From: Phoronis australis
Lineage: Eukaryota; Animalia; Phoronida
Reading direction: 5' to 3'
DNA: 64,000 nt
NCBI GenBank assembly: GCA_002633005.1
Contig: NMRA01000179.1
Span: 515,797-579,796 of the forward strand
Positions 39,769 to 51,724 of the stretch are shown here, one piece after another. A model generated the notes under the pieces. The model did not search any database, was not told where the DNA came from, and was given only the letters and a program-made list of their open reading frames with translations. The translations under genes and the position numbers were made by a program. Numbering within the stretch: the stretch's first letter is position 1; every line of letters starts with the position of its first letter.

Positions 39769-41701
39769 CTGCAAACAAGGGAAAAGGGAACGTGTGAGTA
39801 TCCAGAGGCCACACGTTCACGTTTGCGAATGCTTGTGCTCCATTTTTTATTTCTCGGCCATGCTTACGGCCTAGGAAGATGACTTCGATTTGATCATTAT
39901 CGACATGGATGACACCACGGAAAGCATTCAACCAGTTATTAGGATAGAGATGACGCTGATGACAGATGACCAAGTCAAGGTTTAATTTCGGTATGGTAAT
40001 CTCTGTGTATGTACATTTTCATCCACTGGTCTTTAAGATAGAACAGAAGTACACGTATTAGGTTTTTTAATTCCAATATAATTACAATCTCTAAAGTAAA
40101 ACCCGTAATTCTGAGTTGTTGAGCAGCTTTGCCCACTCAGTCACTACTGTCATTGCCAGAAATATTTAAAAGGGGACCAAACGAGGGAAATGGTTATCGA
40201 AGTGGGAGGGCACTTTGGGCACTGAGCGGTGAGGGGGAGTGCAAAAGCAAATTTGATTGATTTTTTGTTGTAATGAACAGGGGTGTCATGGCCCACTTTT
40301 GCCCAATGGCTATGCTAGTGCCATTATCTATTCTTCGTAGCTTGTCCGAGAACTCCGACATTTCCCAAGTTTCTCAGCGGCATCAAGAGGAGGCAGGGTT
40401 GTTGATCCTTGGCACAGGGGTCGAAAGTGAATTAGGTGATGACCAGGGTGAGGGATTTTAAGCCAAGGCCAGGATGGCCTTAAATTTTCCGTCCCCTCGC
40501 CAGTAAAAACCCTCCATATATATCAGGGATGAAAATTCTACGCCGTCATGTATTTTTTTTCCAATGCCAAAAATGATTTTGTGTGAAAGACGGAGACAAA
40601 ACCTTTCTGTTTTTAATACACAACTCTCAGGTATTACCATTTGCTTTGAATATTTCAAATCGGAGCATCCCCATCATTTCCTTTCATGAAATTTTGTCGA
40701 AGTTGATAGTTGTATTTTGGAACAAAGCAATAGTGCATTGTATACTTTGTGTTCGTTACCCATTAACACCTGAGTATTGTGGCTTTTCCTCAGGAAGATC
40801 AGCAACGCGACGAGGGCATGATACTTCAAACATCCAATCGAGTAAGACACATGCAATAAGTTACACCCTCTCTTGGGTGGCTAAACTGCCTAAGAACATT
40901 AAAACACTGCATAAATGGTTCTTTTACAATAAATCGGCAATTAAGTCGCGTTGTGCACTAACGAGTGATAGCTATTTCCATGTTGTTACCGTCCGTGTGA
41001 GAGTACACAATTTACTGGACGCGAACTCGGGGGCCTGCTTTGCAACGTAGTAAGCAAAGAATGTAAAGTGTTGGGAATGCGTTTGAAACTCTTCCATACT
41101 CGTTCTCACGCAACTTCTGTGATTCATTTATTTTATTTACTTCAATTTGTATTCGATACAAAATGTATTACAATAATTCAAACTTCCAATGACAATGGTG
41201 TTTCAAAAGCGCTCCGTTTGCGATACAACAACGCATGATAGACACATTCCTACCGGCTTCTCTTTGTCACCGACCCTTTTAATCCTGCGTAAAACACATC
41301 TACGCTGGACAAGTTCGACTTGGGACAGAACAAGATGTAATTTAGAATGAGGTTCAGTGACTGCTGATGCCAACACATCAGAACCGAAAGTATTCCACCT
41401 TACTGTGATGAAATCTGCCCCCACAAACCTCAGGTACACCTTTACATGTACTGTAAGTCCTGTTTCTCTAACTGTACAGGCTACAAAACCCCCACAGTAC
41501 ATACATGTAGATGAGCTTTGCGGTTTAAAGGCACATGCTTGTGACAACTTACAGTTTGGCTGATATTCAAATATCGAAAACAAACGTCGTGTCTAAACCT
41601 GATCAGTTCTCATTCAAATTGGTTCCTTCAAAATTATCTAGAATGTCCATGACCAGCAATCATGATACATGCACATCATAACGTAACGACAATAAAGTTA
41701 C

Positions 41702-41885
41702 CATTGAAAATAGCCACTAAAGTCATCGTGTTCAGCTGCAGTCTCGAATGTGGCTAAATAACCATTAAAATAGTTGCAGGTGGTATGCCCTTGGTTCCAT
41801 GTCTGAGCAGAAGTTACCGCCAAATAACATCGACCCCACGGAGAATCTGCCCAACCTTCAGGACACGCTTTTGGTAGAAAGCTCT
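41702..41885 (-). CDS. Exon 3: C-type lectin domain 1, N-terminal half
   Basis: ACPEGWADSPWGRCYLAVTSAQTWNQGHTTCNYFNGYLATF; TTGCAG acceptor, GTAAC donor; 184 nt, phase 1-2. Confidence 0.9.
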
Positions 41886-42652
41886 CTGCAATATACATGT
41901 ATCAATTTAGATACGGGCCTAAAGTAACAGAAACATGTAAGTCACGGCTTTCGATGAAGACGGATAAAGGTCCATGCAGCGTGATGTTTAAAAAAACAAT
42001 GTCTTGGTTCAAATTTTGGGCTGAATCCCTTTGCTAGCGTGTTAGCTTGGAACCTTAATCACATGAGAATGGAAGGAACCTAGCTGATTTATTGATTTAA
42101 CAAGTTGCGCCTGATTTATGGCCACTTCGAAGTTTGCAAGCTCGGCTTCACCTAATCGGCACTGCGTGGGTCTTTAAAAGGAGTATTCAACTAATGTTAG
42201 TCAGAGATAGTTCCTTAGTAGTTCTGGTATGCCCTCATATATTTTCTGTCTTCATACTCTTTGTTTTCGTATTTATGAAACTGCAATGCACCGAGGTTTG
42301 AATATTAAAGAAACTAACCAAAATGTACCCAGTTTTCAACATTGCACTTATTTTTAATTGCTTAAGTCGCTATAATCCTTGCTTTTGTGTCAAAATAACT
42401 TTCTTGTCGGGGAGTATGGTCTTTCAAAGCACCTTCATCGTTTTTCTAATAAGTTTCAAAATAGACCAGACAGTTTTCTGCACAGCTCTGCCAAACGTGG
42501 AAAGACATCTTTATAGAATTAGTTGCCTGTTCAGTTGAGATTTTGTGGCATCAAATTAGTGCTTTTGGTGGCGTTATGTGCCTAGCCGCTAACTGTTTTG
42601 ACAAGGTAGATGGAGGTTTAGCTATAGTTCAGTCGGAATCTACTCGAACATA

Positions 42653-44026
42653 CAGTACAGCCACTGAATTTTTTAGACTCTCTCCGATGTCTCACCGGTC
42701 TAGCCACCCGTGACCGTAACCGGAGACAGACCGGAGAGTGAGACGTGAATCAACCGTGACAGCTGGCGTGAGCCTAAGCGTGACTGTACCCGGAGCTTAT
42801 CGTGAGCCAGGCGTGAGTTTACCTGCATCGCAGATGAAAAAGTAATTTATTAAAATTATATCAGTAACTAGCAGTGATGTGTGTATTCTCATAGACTTTT
42901 GGTCATGTGAGGTTTATTTTTTTTGAAATCGTCACGTTCAGCAAAAGACCAAAATTTCCTTCTCAAATCTTAAGTCACTTCAGGAAACAGACCTGTGGAC
43001 TCTACTTTTCACTTATATATAATTATTTGTTTTCTATATTAACTAATAAAGAATCTTGACACGCGTGTACATGGCGAAAATATTCAATTGCCTTCACGAT
43101 ATGAAGGAGCATAGCGTGTCAATTCTGAGTACATTGATCCCAAGTTCCGGCTTCATGCGGAGAAAATTGATCGTGCCCATGCATTTGACGACTCAAACAG
43201 ATCGTTGCTATTATTATTTTTAAAATTAGTGAAGAAGTACCCCGGGGATACTGTGAACTCAGTCGAAACGCATGTACTACGGGGAGGGGGCTACAAATAA
43301 TTAAACTTCCATATCTATTGAGGACTTTTTAGTCAAAACATTTGCTTGCAGTAAGGGATGGGTATGTCAGAATGGCGGCCTATTGAAATTTTCTGTACGC
43401 CAGTGCGGTGCAAAAATGTACGGAGTGACACAATACTTCACAAGATGCGTAGACTATTTTTAGGGCAAATTAATTATATCCAGCTGTGACAAGTTTCAAG
43501 GAGTCCACAGCCATGTAAAGACGACTCTGGGCACAGGGTCGCGTATATTCGTATTTACTAACCGTGGTTACTGTACATGTATGTCGTTGATGGGACTGGC
43601 TCCGAAGTCGTAAATAGAAAATGTACATGTAACCGTAACACAAGATGAGCTGAAGGAAGACGTTTGTATGAACACGTGAAATTACAAAGATAGTCGGAAC
43701 ACAAGTGTGATAGATGACTGCTTGCAAAGATACTTTATAATATACCATAATGTTATTGTAACTTGTCCGAAACGACAGGTATCAAGACGTTACATGTATT
43801 TTAATGGATTAGCCCGGTGCCCTACCATGGTTACCACAGGTACCGCAGGCGTGAAGAAACCCTGAGAAAAGCGTGAACTAAACCGGAGGTAAGCGTGAGG
43901 ACTACCCGGAGAGTAGGCGTGAGGCGACCGTGACTGATTTTTGTCACGCCTGCGTTCCGGTTGCGCTCCGGTCTGGCCAGGCGTGAGGTAGCCCGGACGA
44001 AGTCTAAAAATTCAGTGGCTGTACTG
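42653..44026. mobile_element. Non-autonomous TIR transposon with TA target duplication (Tc1/mariner-like)
   Basis: TA-CAGTACAGCCACTGAATTTTTTAGACT ... AGTCTAAAAATTCAGTGGCTGTACTG-TA; subterminal GCGTGA motifs at both ends; no transposase ORF. Confidence 0.82.
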
Positions 44027-44428
44027 TAGATGTAAACTTGGTCGCTATAGTTGTGCTGAAACTTTTTCAAATTTCTACTTAGCCCAGTTTGTTTGAAAAC
44101 TACGTTGATTGAACTGAAAATAACTTTATAACTCTTGGAATCTCACTGATGGAAGTACTGCTTCAGTGGTTGAAACTAACCCGCCGTGACAAACAATTTT
44201 CCAGAACCATGTTCGAAGCTATTACGTACCGTGAGCTTTTCTCAATCCGAGAAACCATTTGTGATCTGAGTAGATAACAAGATTAGATTGATTTCGAAAA
44301 TGATGATTTTTAAAGAAAGAGATTACCCCTACATAATCAGATTTCTCATTCGTCATCTCTGGTAAATACATTTTTAATTAGGAAGAGAATGAACATATTG
44401 AATTATTGCGCATCAACAACAATCTTAC

Positions 44429-44719
44429 CACCATATAAACATGTGTATCGCACAACAACTCCCGAAATGTTTACGCGCTGACTGAGCTCCCAGAAGGTTT
44501 CAGAACTTTTAAAAAAACAGCTGGTTTTGTTGTCACAAAGAGCAGCTAGTGTTGGCGTGACGTCAATCTCCCAAACACAAGTGTCGTCTGATGGTGTTCT
44601 TTCGCAATTCGAGTTGTTGACTGTCGTGTATAGGATCTTCAAGACATCATCATAAAAGCCATCATCGTTGTCGCAAGTAAGCATAATTAACTCTTCCGTG
44701 GACCCAACTTGACTTCGGC
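44429..44719 (-). CDS. Exon 2: divergent SUEL/Gal-lectin-like domain 1
   Basis: MLTCDND...DVTPTLAALCDNKTSCFF...VVVRYTC; donor GTAAG; the acceptor is a weaker AAG, so the 5' boundary is less sure; 291 nt, phase 1-1. Confidence 0.78.
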
Positions 44720-47700
44720 CTTGTCGAACGAAAGAAGTTATTTGTAAAGGTTTGTTAAGAAACGAAAGTATATAACTGGCTGTACAAAAGATGGTATATC
44801 AAACATCCACTGATTTAGTCTTTCCAATGCATGTTCTTTGGAAAACAAAGGCATAACATACAAAAAATATTACTGAGACATTTCAGCAACTCTCGTTGTC
44901 GGACCTCGTGGCAGAGACAGAAGATTGCGAATCGAGCCTGTATTTCAGCAATAACAAGATTCGGCAATCGTCTTGGGTTGATTAAGTGGTTCATCGTCTG
45001 ACCTACACATGCATACAAATAAAAACAATGTTACTGGGCACGGGGATACTTGGCAGTTGGAGTTTAGCCGTCTTTCAATAAATGACCACAGCAGCGAAAA
45101 AAGTTTTGTGCCCCTATTTGAGGGGGAGAGGAGAGAAGACCAGGACGTTGAACTAGCCCCAAACCTATATGTTGTCGGCTTCTACTTTTTGAACTTGTAA
45201 AAAACGGTGATACTCAAAAGCATTGCTGGAAAAACAGTTACATTCCAAGGGACTGGCATCACTAAAAATCGTGAGGCTAAGCTTAGAAAATCACCTAATA
45301 TCCAACGCGCATTGATTCATATATGCCATTAAAGTGATGCGACACTATCGAGTGTGACTTCCTCAAACAGCTTTGAGACGTTGCTGTTGAAATTTTAATT
45401 CTAAACTCTGTTGATCTACGTACACCAACCTCTAGCCTATTGCCACTGGAACGGTTCTGATGTTGGTTTGTTCTCAGGCGTTACATTGTACTTAGGACAT
45501 GGGTACCTGGTACACACTTGGATTAGTTATTACATGTATGGAAACACTAGACTGCTAGCCATTTATCAACGTCGGGTGATTTTGTCTTTATAATTTTCGT
45601 TCTTCCTTGCTTAGGAGGAGTAGTCAGGGTGTGCGTTCCGTAGAGGCGACAATCTAGCAAAAACACAAGGACAGTCGCAAGTTTTTGCAAAACATCGCAT
45701 GCACAATGCATTGCAAGCCAACCTTGTTATTACAATAGCTTCATTAGCTGAGAAACTCCAAATTTGCGTATCGTGGCCATTTGCTGGGCTGACTGGAGAC
45801 ATTGTCCAATTCTTTAAGACCACTCGTTTCACTGCCTATTATACAATGTAAGTGTGTACCCGATAGGATGGCATGTTGTTTGATAGCTTGTGCTCTGCCA
45901 CCCCTCGTTGCACTACAGTAGTTTGAAATCAATTAGATACATTTGACATGCAGACTCTGCCAAGCTTGGAAAAACATCTTACCAGAATAAATTGGTAGTT
46001 TGATGAAAAATCTGTGGCAATGGAATATTGTTTTTGTCGAACCGTTGTCGGATGTAACGTGGCTTTATTGCGTTAAGTTGCTAATTGTTTGTATACATGT
46101 ATGAATGACTTACACGGTGAGATGCCACGTCTTCGAAATCGTTCATGTGTCAAAAATGTCCAGACTTTGTCGACATTGAGCAAGCATTAAAAGGGACTTT
46201 TTATCCGGGTTTTTGTGCGCCAGATAGGTACGATGCAAGGCCCTTGATAACAGCACTGTATACACTTTAGAGGTTAGTGAAATACAAAACATACATTTTC
46301 AGTGCAATTTATGAATAAAGCCATAAGGAATCACATTTTTTTATACTTTTCGCATGTTTGTAAACAAATGTTTTTTGACCATGGCTAAAGATCATCGGAC
46401 GTCACGGAGGCTCCAGGGTGGTGAAGATATCTCACTGCTGCACTTTATGCGTATAAGTCGTCTGCGATCAAGGCCATAAAAAGTTCATCATACAAGTTAA
46501 CTGTCGTGTTGTGTAGACTATTAGTGGAACGATGCCGTTTTCCATGGCCCCGCGTTGCCTTGGTGTAAAGCGGTATACTAAATATACAGTTGATCAACAT
46601 TTGTGTCAATAAAAACTACACTCTTCCTTCAATTTTATTTACCGGTGATGCAAACAACGGCTTTCTACCGTTATTCTTCTGATGAAATATTTTGCGCCGG
46701 TTTTGGCGCTATAAAATATTGCGTTGCCTATTGGCCATTTTTATGATTCTTCAATCAACTGTTCTCTTCTTCCACGAGGTTGCGGATATATTGCAATCAA
46801 ATCGTAATGGAGAAGGCAATTGAGACAGGAAAGAGTGTTAAATCGCCAGCGTTCCCACTGAACCGGATAAACTTCCATCGCAGTAAATATTCGAAATTAA
46901 GTACAGAAATCAATGACCACAAATCACGTATATGGCTGATAATTTGAGACCGGCTGAAGGTTGTACGCTGCGGCGTATCCATGATGTAAAGCCTTTGAGG
47001 TCAATGATAAATTAACACCAACCAATGCACACGCCAATGGTCTTTCATACGTGGAACTTCTAGATGAAATGTTATACCCGTCGCCAATCCCATCCTCTGA
47101 ACGGGAGTAACTTTAACATGGGACTAATGTACTCATACGAAATTTTATTTATCGATCCCATTTATACTGGATATTCTTGCTTTGTCACAACGGTAGAGAA
47201 TAGGCAGTAGGGAGTAATCCTTTAAAGCCATTTCTTGAAATACATGTACATGTAACCCGTGCTGTTGTATTGATACAGAAGACATTTGCAAACTAAATCT
47301 TTACGCTTTAAGTTACAATAAACGCCTGCAAATTCAGACGTGTCTATGGTCTCGCCCTTCGATCAAGACAACCGGAGCTTGAGCTACACTCCTGAAACCT
47401 CATGTCCCGAGCAGTTTTTAGTTAGGGCAAATACAAATTGGCATTTCATGTCTTCATACACGTATCTATGACCGTGATTAATTAAGAGTTTGGCTAGAAA
47501 CGGTCGTTAGTCTATAGTCTTACAGGCAGCAATTGCCATCAGACATGGATTACAGAGCTCACTCATTGCGCACGGGGGTAACGTAATATATGTGTGCAAT
47601 GGTCGTACGAAAATTTACGATTACATGTATGGTATAGAATGAGCTACAGTTCTACACTTATTTTCGCCTTATCAACGTAAGCTTAAGTAGTATTTATGCA

Positions 47701-47769
47701 TGCATACAAAAACCAGCAGCTGTGATTTGCCATTGGCAGAGTATTCTTACAAAAACATTTAATTACTAC

Positions 47770-47958
47770 CTTTGCACACAGGCAGTTTGGACCAACTCCC
47801 CGTAATTTCACAAACAGCTATATCCGGTCCTGTTCGCCAGAATCCAGGGTTACAACCGACTTTGATCACGCCGAGATAAAGAGATGCATTTGTGGAATTT
47901 GTGTATCCGTTTGTGATGATTGGCGGCTTACATTCCACGTGATCGTATGCTTCTATGC
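47770..47958 (-). CDS. Exon 1 (traced): Sushi/CCP domain 1 (type A)
   Basis: IEAYDHVECKPPIITNG...GCNPGF...CEITGSWSKLPVCK; acceptor TTTTCAACAG, donor GTAGT; 189 nt, phase 1-1. Confidence 0.9.
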
Positions 47959-49293
47959 CTGTTGAAAATAAAGTAAGGTTGGTCATCAACCTTTCGCGTC
48001 ACACAGTCAAAGATCCTTCAATATCGACTGAACTAAACTAATAAGTAAACTTACCTTTGTTTTATCTCCTGCATGATTTAGAGTAATTTATACAAACTAG
48101 CACAATTGACACGTGTATGTGTTCTGTAGAATACTTTCATTGGTCTTCATAAAGTTGCACTTATTCTGTGCAAACAGTGCTGTTATGTTTCCGACAGACT
48201 GGAGCTTGTACAGGTAAGGAATACTAAACAGTGAAGAGCAAATAAATTATCATATGCCTACGAAACTACACGTGTGCTCAATGAAACACTAGAAACCATT
48301 TCAAATATCCATGCCCTCGTCACAATTCAGGAAATATTAAAAAAACTAGTAATGTAGGAGAACACCAGGTGTTTGGATCTTCTCTCGGGTTTACGCATTA
48401 TTCGTGCAAATAGCTTTATTTGTTTAGTGATGCCTATTAATTTCCTCTTTTTGCCACACGAAATAACCTGTCCAAAGCGCCACAAAATAACGAATCACTA
48501 TAAAACTAACAAATTAGTTGCAATAACATGGCAAGCTTTAGAATATATAACAACCATTTTCGATTACAATATTTGTTTGACATGAAGACACTGAAAAAGC
48601 AGGTTATTAAATTCCTCAAGTCCAACTAGTCTATTTTTTGCCATATATATGAACATATGGATGTTGTATAGGTTAAGGTATTAAATGTGAAATACGGGGA
48701 AGTATAGCCACTCCGTATACAACGGTAGAATCCGTGTTTCACGGTTGGTAAGTAGTCTCCTGGTGGAGTAACTTCCCAAGTGCAACGCCAAATTTGATTG
48801 AGCTCGTTCAATTGGATTACCTAAATCATTAATCCAAGGCGCCGCTCATGAAAAAGCAGTTACTGCTCCTAAAATAGTAAATAAATATCGATGGAAATTC
48901 CGGCGGCCTTTTTTGGGCCTCGCTGAAGTTTCAGTCTGGGTCATCATCAATAGATCAAGCTAAATAGCGTCCCTGGCCACCAAAATCAGCCAAAAATCTA
49001 ATACAAATCCAACGAAAACGTTTCGTTATGGATACATACAGTATCTGTACACTGAGAGCTAAGGTCTTTACAGGAAATTGCGACCTAATGTAGAGTACAG
49101 TGTACGAGTTTTTAATGAGACGGTCGTCTGCTTGCAGCGTTCAACTCTCTGTCGCTGCCGATCGACTCGTAACGTAAAACCTGTTTTTTGCGATACAGTC
49201 CTTACCTCAAGTTTTGCAAGTCAGCACAGTTTCCACCGTTATTTTTCAATGCTGTGATCAACAAGGGGACATGTTTTCATCACTATTTACAGT

Positions 49294-49702
49294 CCTGGGC
49301 CCGGTCTCTAATCTTTGTACTGGAAACGAACTCGAAACTATTTTTGGCAATTTCTCTGCTCCTTTTGTGCGAACTTAGGATAATTGGTTATCAGACTGTG
49401 CTCGGATACATTATAGTTTGTGCATAGGAGTTTCTAGTTCAAGTTTGCCCTTGAAGACCCTTATATTCGTACTACAAACTCGAGTAAAAATTCGAAATTT
49501 CGAGTTCAAACTCGAACTTATTGCTTTAATATTGGGTTTACAAACTGTGAACTAAGGGCAATAAATTATCTACGTAAGTTATTGTGTACTCGAGCATAGA
49601 ATAATAGACCCTTATCTTGAGTTCGCCCAAAAGTAGAGTAGAAAATGCCAAACCTAATTTCGAGTTCCATTTCGAGTAAAACGATTGGAGACCGAGCCCA
49701 GG
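49294..49702. mobile_element. MITE, PIF/Harbinger-like
   Basis: cctgggcccggtctctaatc ... gattggagaccgagcccagg ends; the internal halves are also inverted (aactcgaaa / tttcgagtt). Confidence 0.72.
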
Positions 49703-50353
49703 AATTAGGACACTAAAGTAGACCAAGAAGACTAAGAAATTCATCGAAGCTAAAACCACACCCTGCTGCACAGGGAATGTTTCAATTTTTACATTCCCGG
49801 ATGGATTGTTTCTATAAGTTTCCTACAAACTTCTGATATTATTGAATAATTCAGTGCTTTAACTTATATATTTCATAAACTGAAAATTCTGATCAATTTA
49901 TTATAAAATAAAACTTTACTGGTTATTCAACACTTTCACAGATTGTCTTGTCGCTTAACCGGCTTGGGTACCGTACTTGGCATACATATGACGTCATACA
50001 GTAACAGGCAATTCAGAAGACACCACCGAACACATGAGCTGATCAGTCATTACTGGGTGGCCTATAGTAGTAAGAACTCATAGCCTTTTATCAAGTCTAA
50101 AACGTGTTACAGCTAATTTATCCATAGTGAGAGATCTTCAATACATCTTTTTGTGTTTTCTTCAGCGAATTTGAGTGTTCAAACTCTTATTTTTAACCTT
50201 CTTTTGTCCGTTACTATTTGGTCATATTTCCTCTGTACATATCTTTAGGTCAATCATTATCTATGTGTTTTGTATTCACTTGCAACAGAACTAACTGGTT
50301 TCCCAAGATTGAATTTATATGTTGTGCTTTTCAACCAAGTTGCTATTTATGTA

Positions 50354-50879
50354 NNNNNNNNNNNNNNNNNNNNNNNNNNNNNNNNNNNNNNNNNNNNNNN
50401 NNNNNNNNNNNNNNNNNNNNNNNNNNNNNNNNNNNNNNNNNNNNNNNNNNNNNNNNNNNNNNNNNNNNNNNNNNNNNNNNNNNNNNNNNNNNNNNNNNNN
50501 NNNNNNNNNNNNNNNNNNNNNNNNNNNNNNNNNNNNNNNNNNNNNNNNNNNNNNNNNNNNNNNNNNNNNNNNNNNNNNNNNNNNNNNNNNNNNNNNNNNN
50601 NNNNNNNNNNNNNNNNNNNNNNNNNNNNNNNNNNNNNNNNNNNNNNNNNNNNNNNNNNNNNNNNNNNNNNNNNNNNNNNNNNNNNNNNNNNNNNNNNNNN
50701 NNNNNNNNNNNNNNNNNNNNNNNNNNNNNNNNNNNNNNNNNNNNNNNNNNNNNNNNNNNNNNNNNNNNNNNNNNNNNNNNNNNNNNNNNNNNNNNNNNNN
50801 NNNNNNNNNNNNNNNNNNNNNNNNNNNNNNNNNNNNNNNNNNNNNNNNNNNNNNNNNNNNNNNNNNNNNNNNNNNNNNN
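50354..50879. other. Assembly gap (526 N)
   Basis: Run of N. Confidence 1.
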
Positions 50880-51301
50880 TAAAAAATAATTTTAGAACTG
50901 TTTTTCATAATTTTGATAACTCAACACCCTTGACTCAATTCTCCCTTACCCGCGATAACGAAATAGCATTGTACAGATCAAGATGTGGCCTTTTCCTCAA
51001 CTCTGACAAGTTCAGGCACAACTTTAGTAATGTCTCTCCAAACTGTAAATGTGGTGACCATCAGTCTTATCCTCATATTTTCTTCAAATGTCCCCTCATC
51101 GAATCCCTGAGAGACTCACTCTTTCGTGCACTCAATGACAACAAATCAATTGTTAACGCTCTCAATTCTTGTAATAACATCCCTACTAGAGTTACATTAT
51201 TACTGAATGGTAGTCCTAACCTTGACTTTGTTCTCAACGAATTCCTCCTAAGCAACGTTAGCAAATTTTTATGTACCGTTTATCAATATTGTTGCATCTG
51301 A
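50880..51301 (+). mobile_element. 3' end of a non-LTR retrotransposon ORF2 with C-terminal zinc knuckle
   Basis: Open frame from the gap: RSRCGLFLNSDKFRHNFSNVSPNCKCGDHQSYPHIFFKCP...LLLNGS...VSKFL (CxC..H...C), a typical LINE ORF2 tail; clade not resolved. Confidence 0.78.
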
Positions 51302-51724
51302 TTTCCCTACATGAATCTGTAAATATTTTTGTTTTTATATATCTGTAATAGCATGTCTAAGTATTGGAATACTTATTTTAGATACTACTTAATGTATATA
51401 CCTCCATGTATATAAGTTTCATTTATGAATTGTTTACAACCCAGATATAATGCTTCGCGGTTTCTGGGTTTGTTATTATTTCTTTGTATGCTCTGTGTAT
51501 CCTTCAATAAATATATATCACAGTGAAACACGGCAACAAGGTATCGCCACGATGTTGCAAATACGTCCATATATATGAGATAAAAAGGTTCGGTCTTGTT
51601 TGGACATTCTCAGATGAAAAGAATTCTCGAGAGGATATGGCAGTATTTCTATGTATGTGGGATAACCTATATTTAATAATGTTGTGTCATTTTACTGTAA
51701 TTCCCAGCAGACTAGCTGTTTAGC

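Larger units (their letters stand above)
728..47958 (-). other. Spliced gene (traced part): mosaic CCP/SUEL/C-type lectin/FN2/SEA extracellular protein, 22 coding exons, 5' and 3' ends not identified
   Basis: 22 exons with AG/GT boundaries whose phases join into one open frame (4423 nt). Order N to C: CCP-SUEL-CTL-CCP-SUEL-CTL-CCP-CCP-SUEL-CCP-CCP-CCP-SUEL-FN2-CCP-CCP-CCP-SUEL-SEA(partial). Confidence 0.88.

Noticed and set aside
728-47958. Assigning a gene symbol such as SVEP1, CSMD, selectin or MRC1
   Set aside because: Single domains resemble those proteins but the overall architecture matches none of them.
48055-48125. Donor-like GTAAGT about 95 nt upstream of exon 1
   Set aside because: The frame needed for a phase-1 junction has a TAA just before the donor.
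49206-49280. Possible exon ending in AG|GTAAG
   Set aside because: The phase-1 frame ends in TGA; no recognisable domain or clear acceptor.
50218-50908. Long ORFs in the track
   Set aside because: Artefacts of translating through the N gap.
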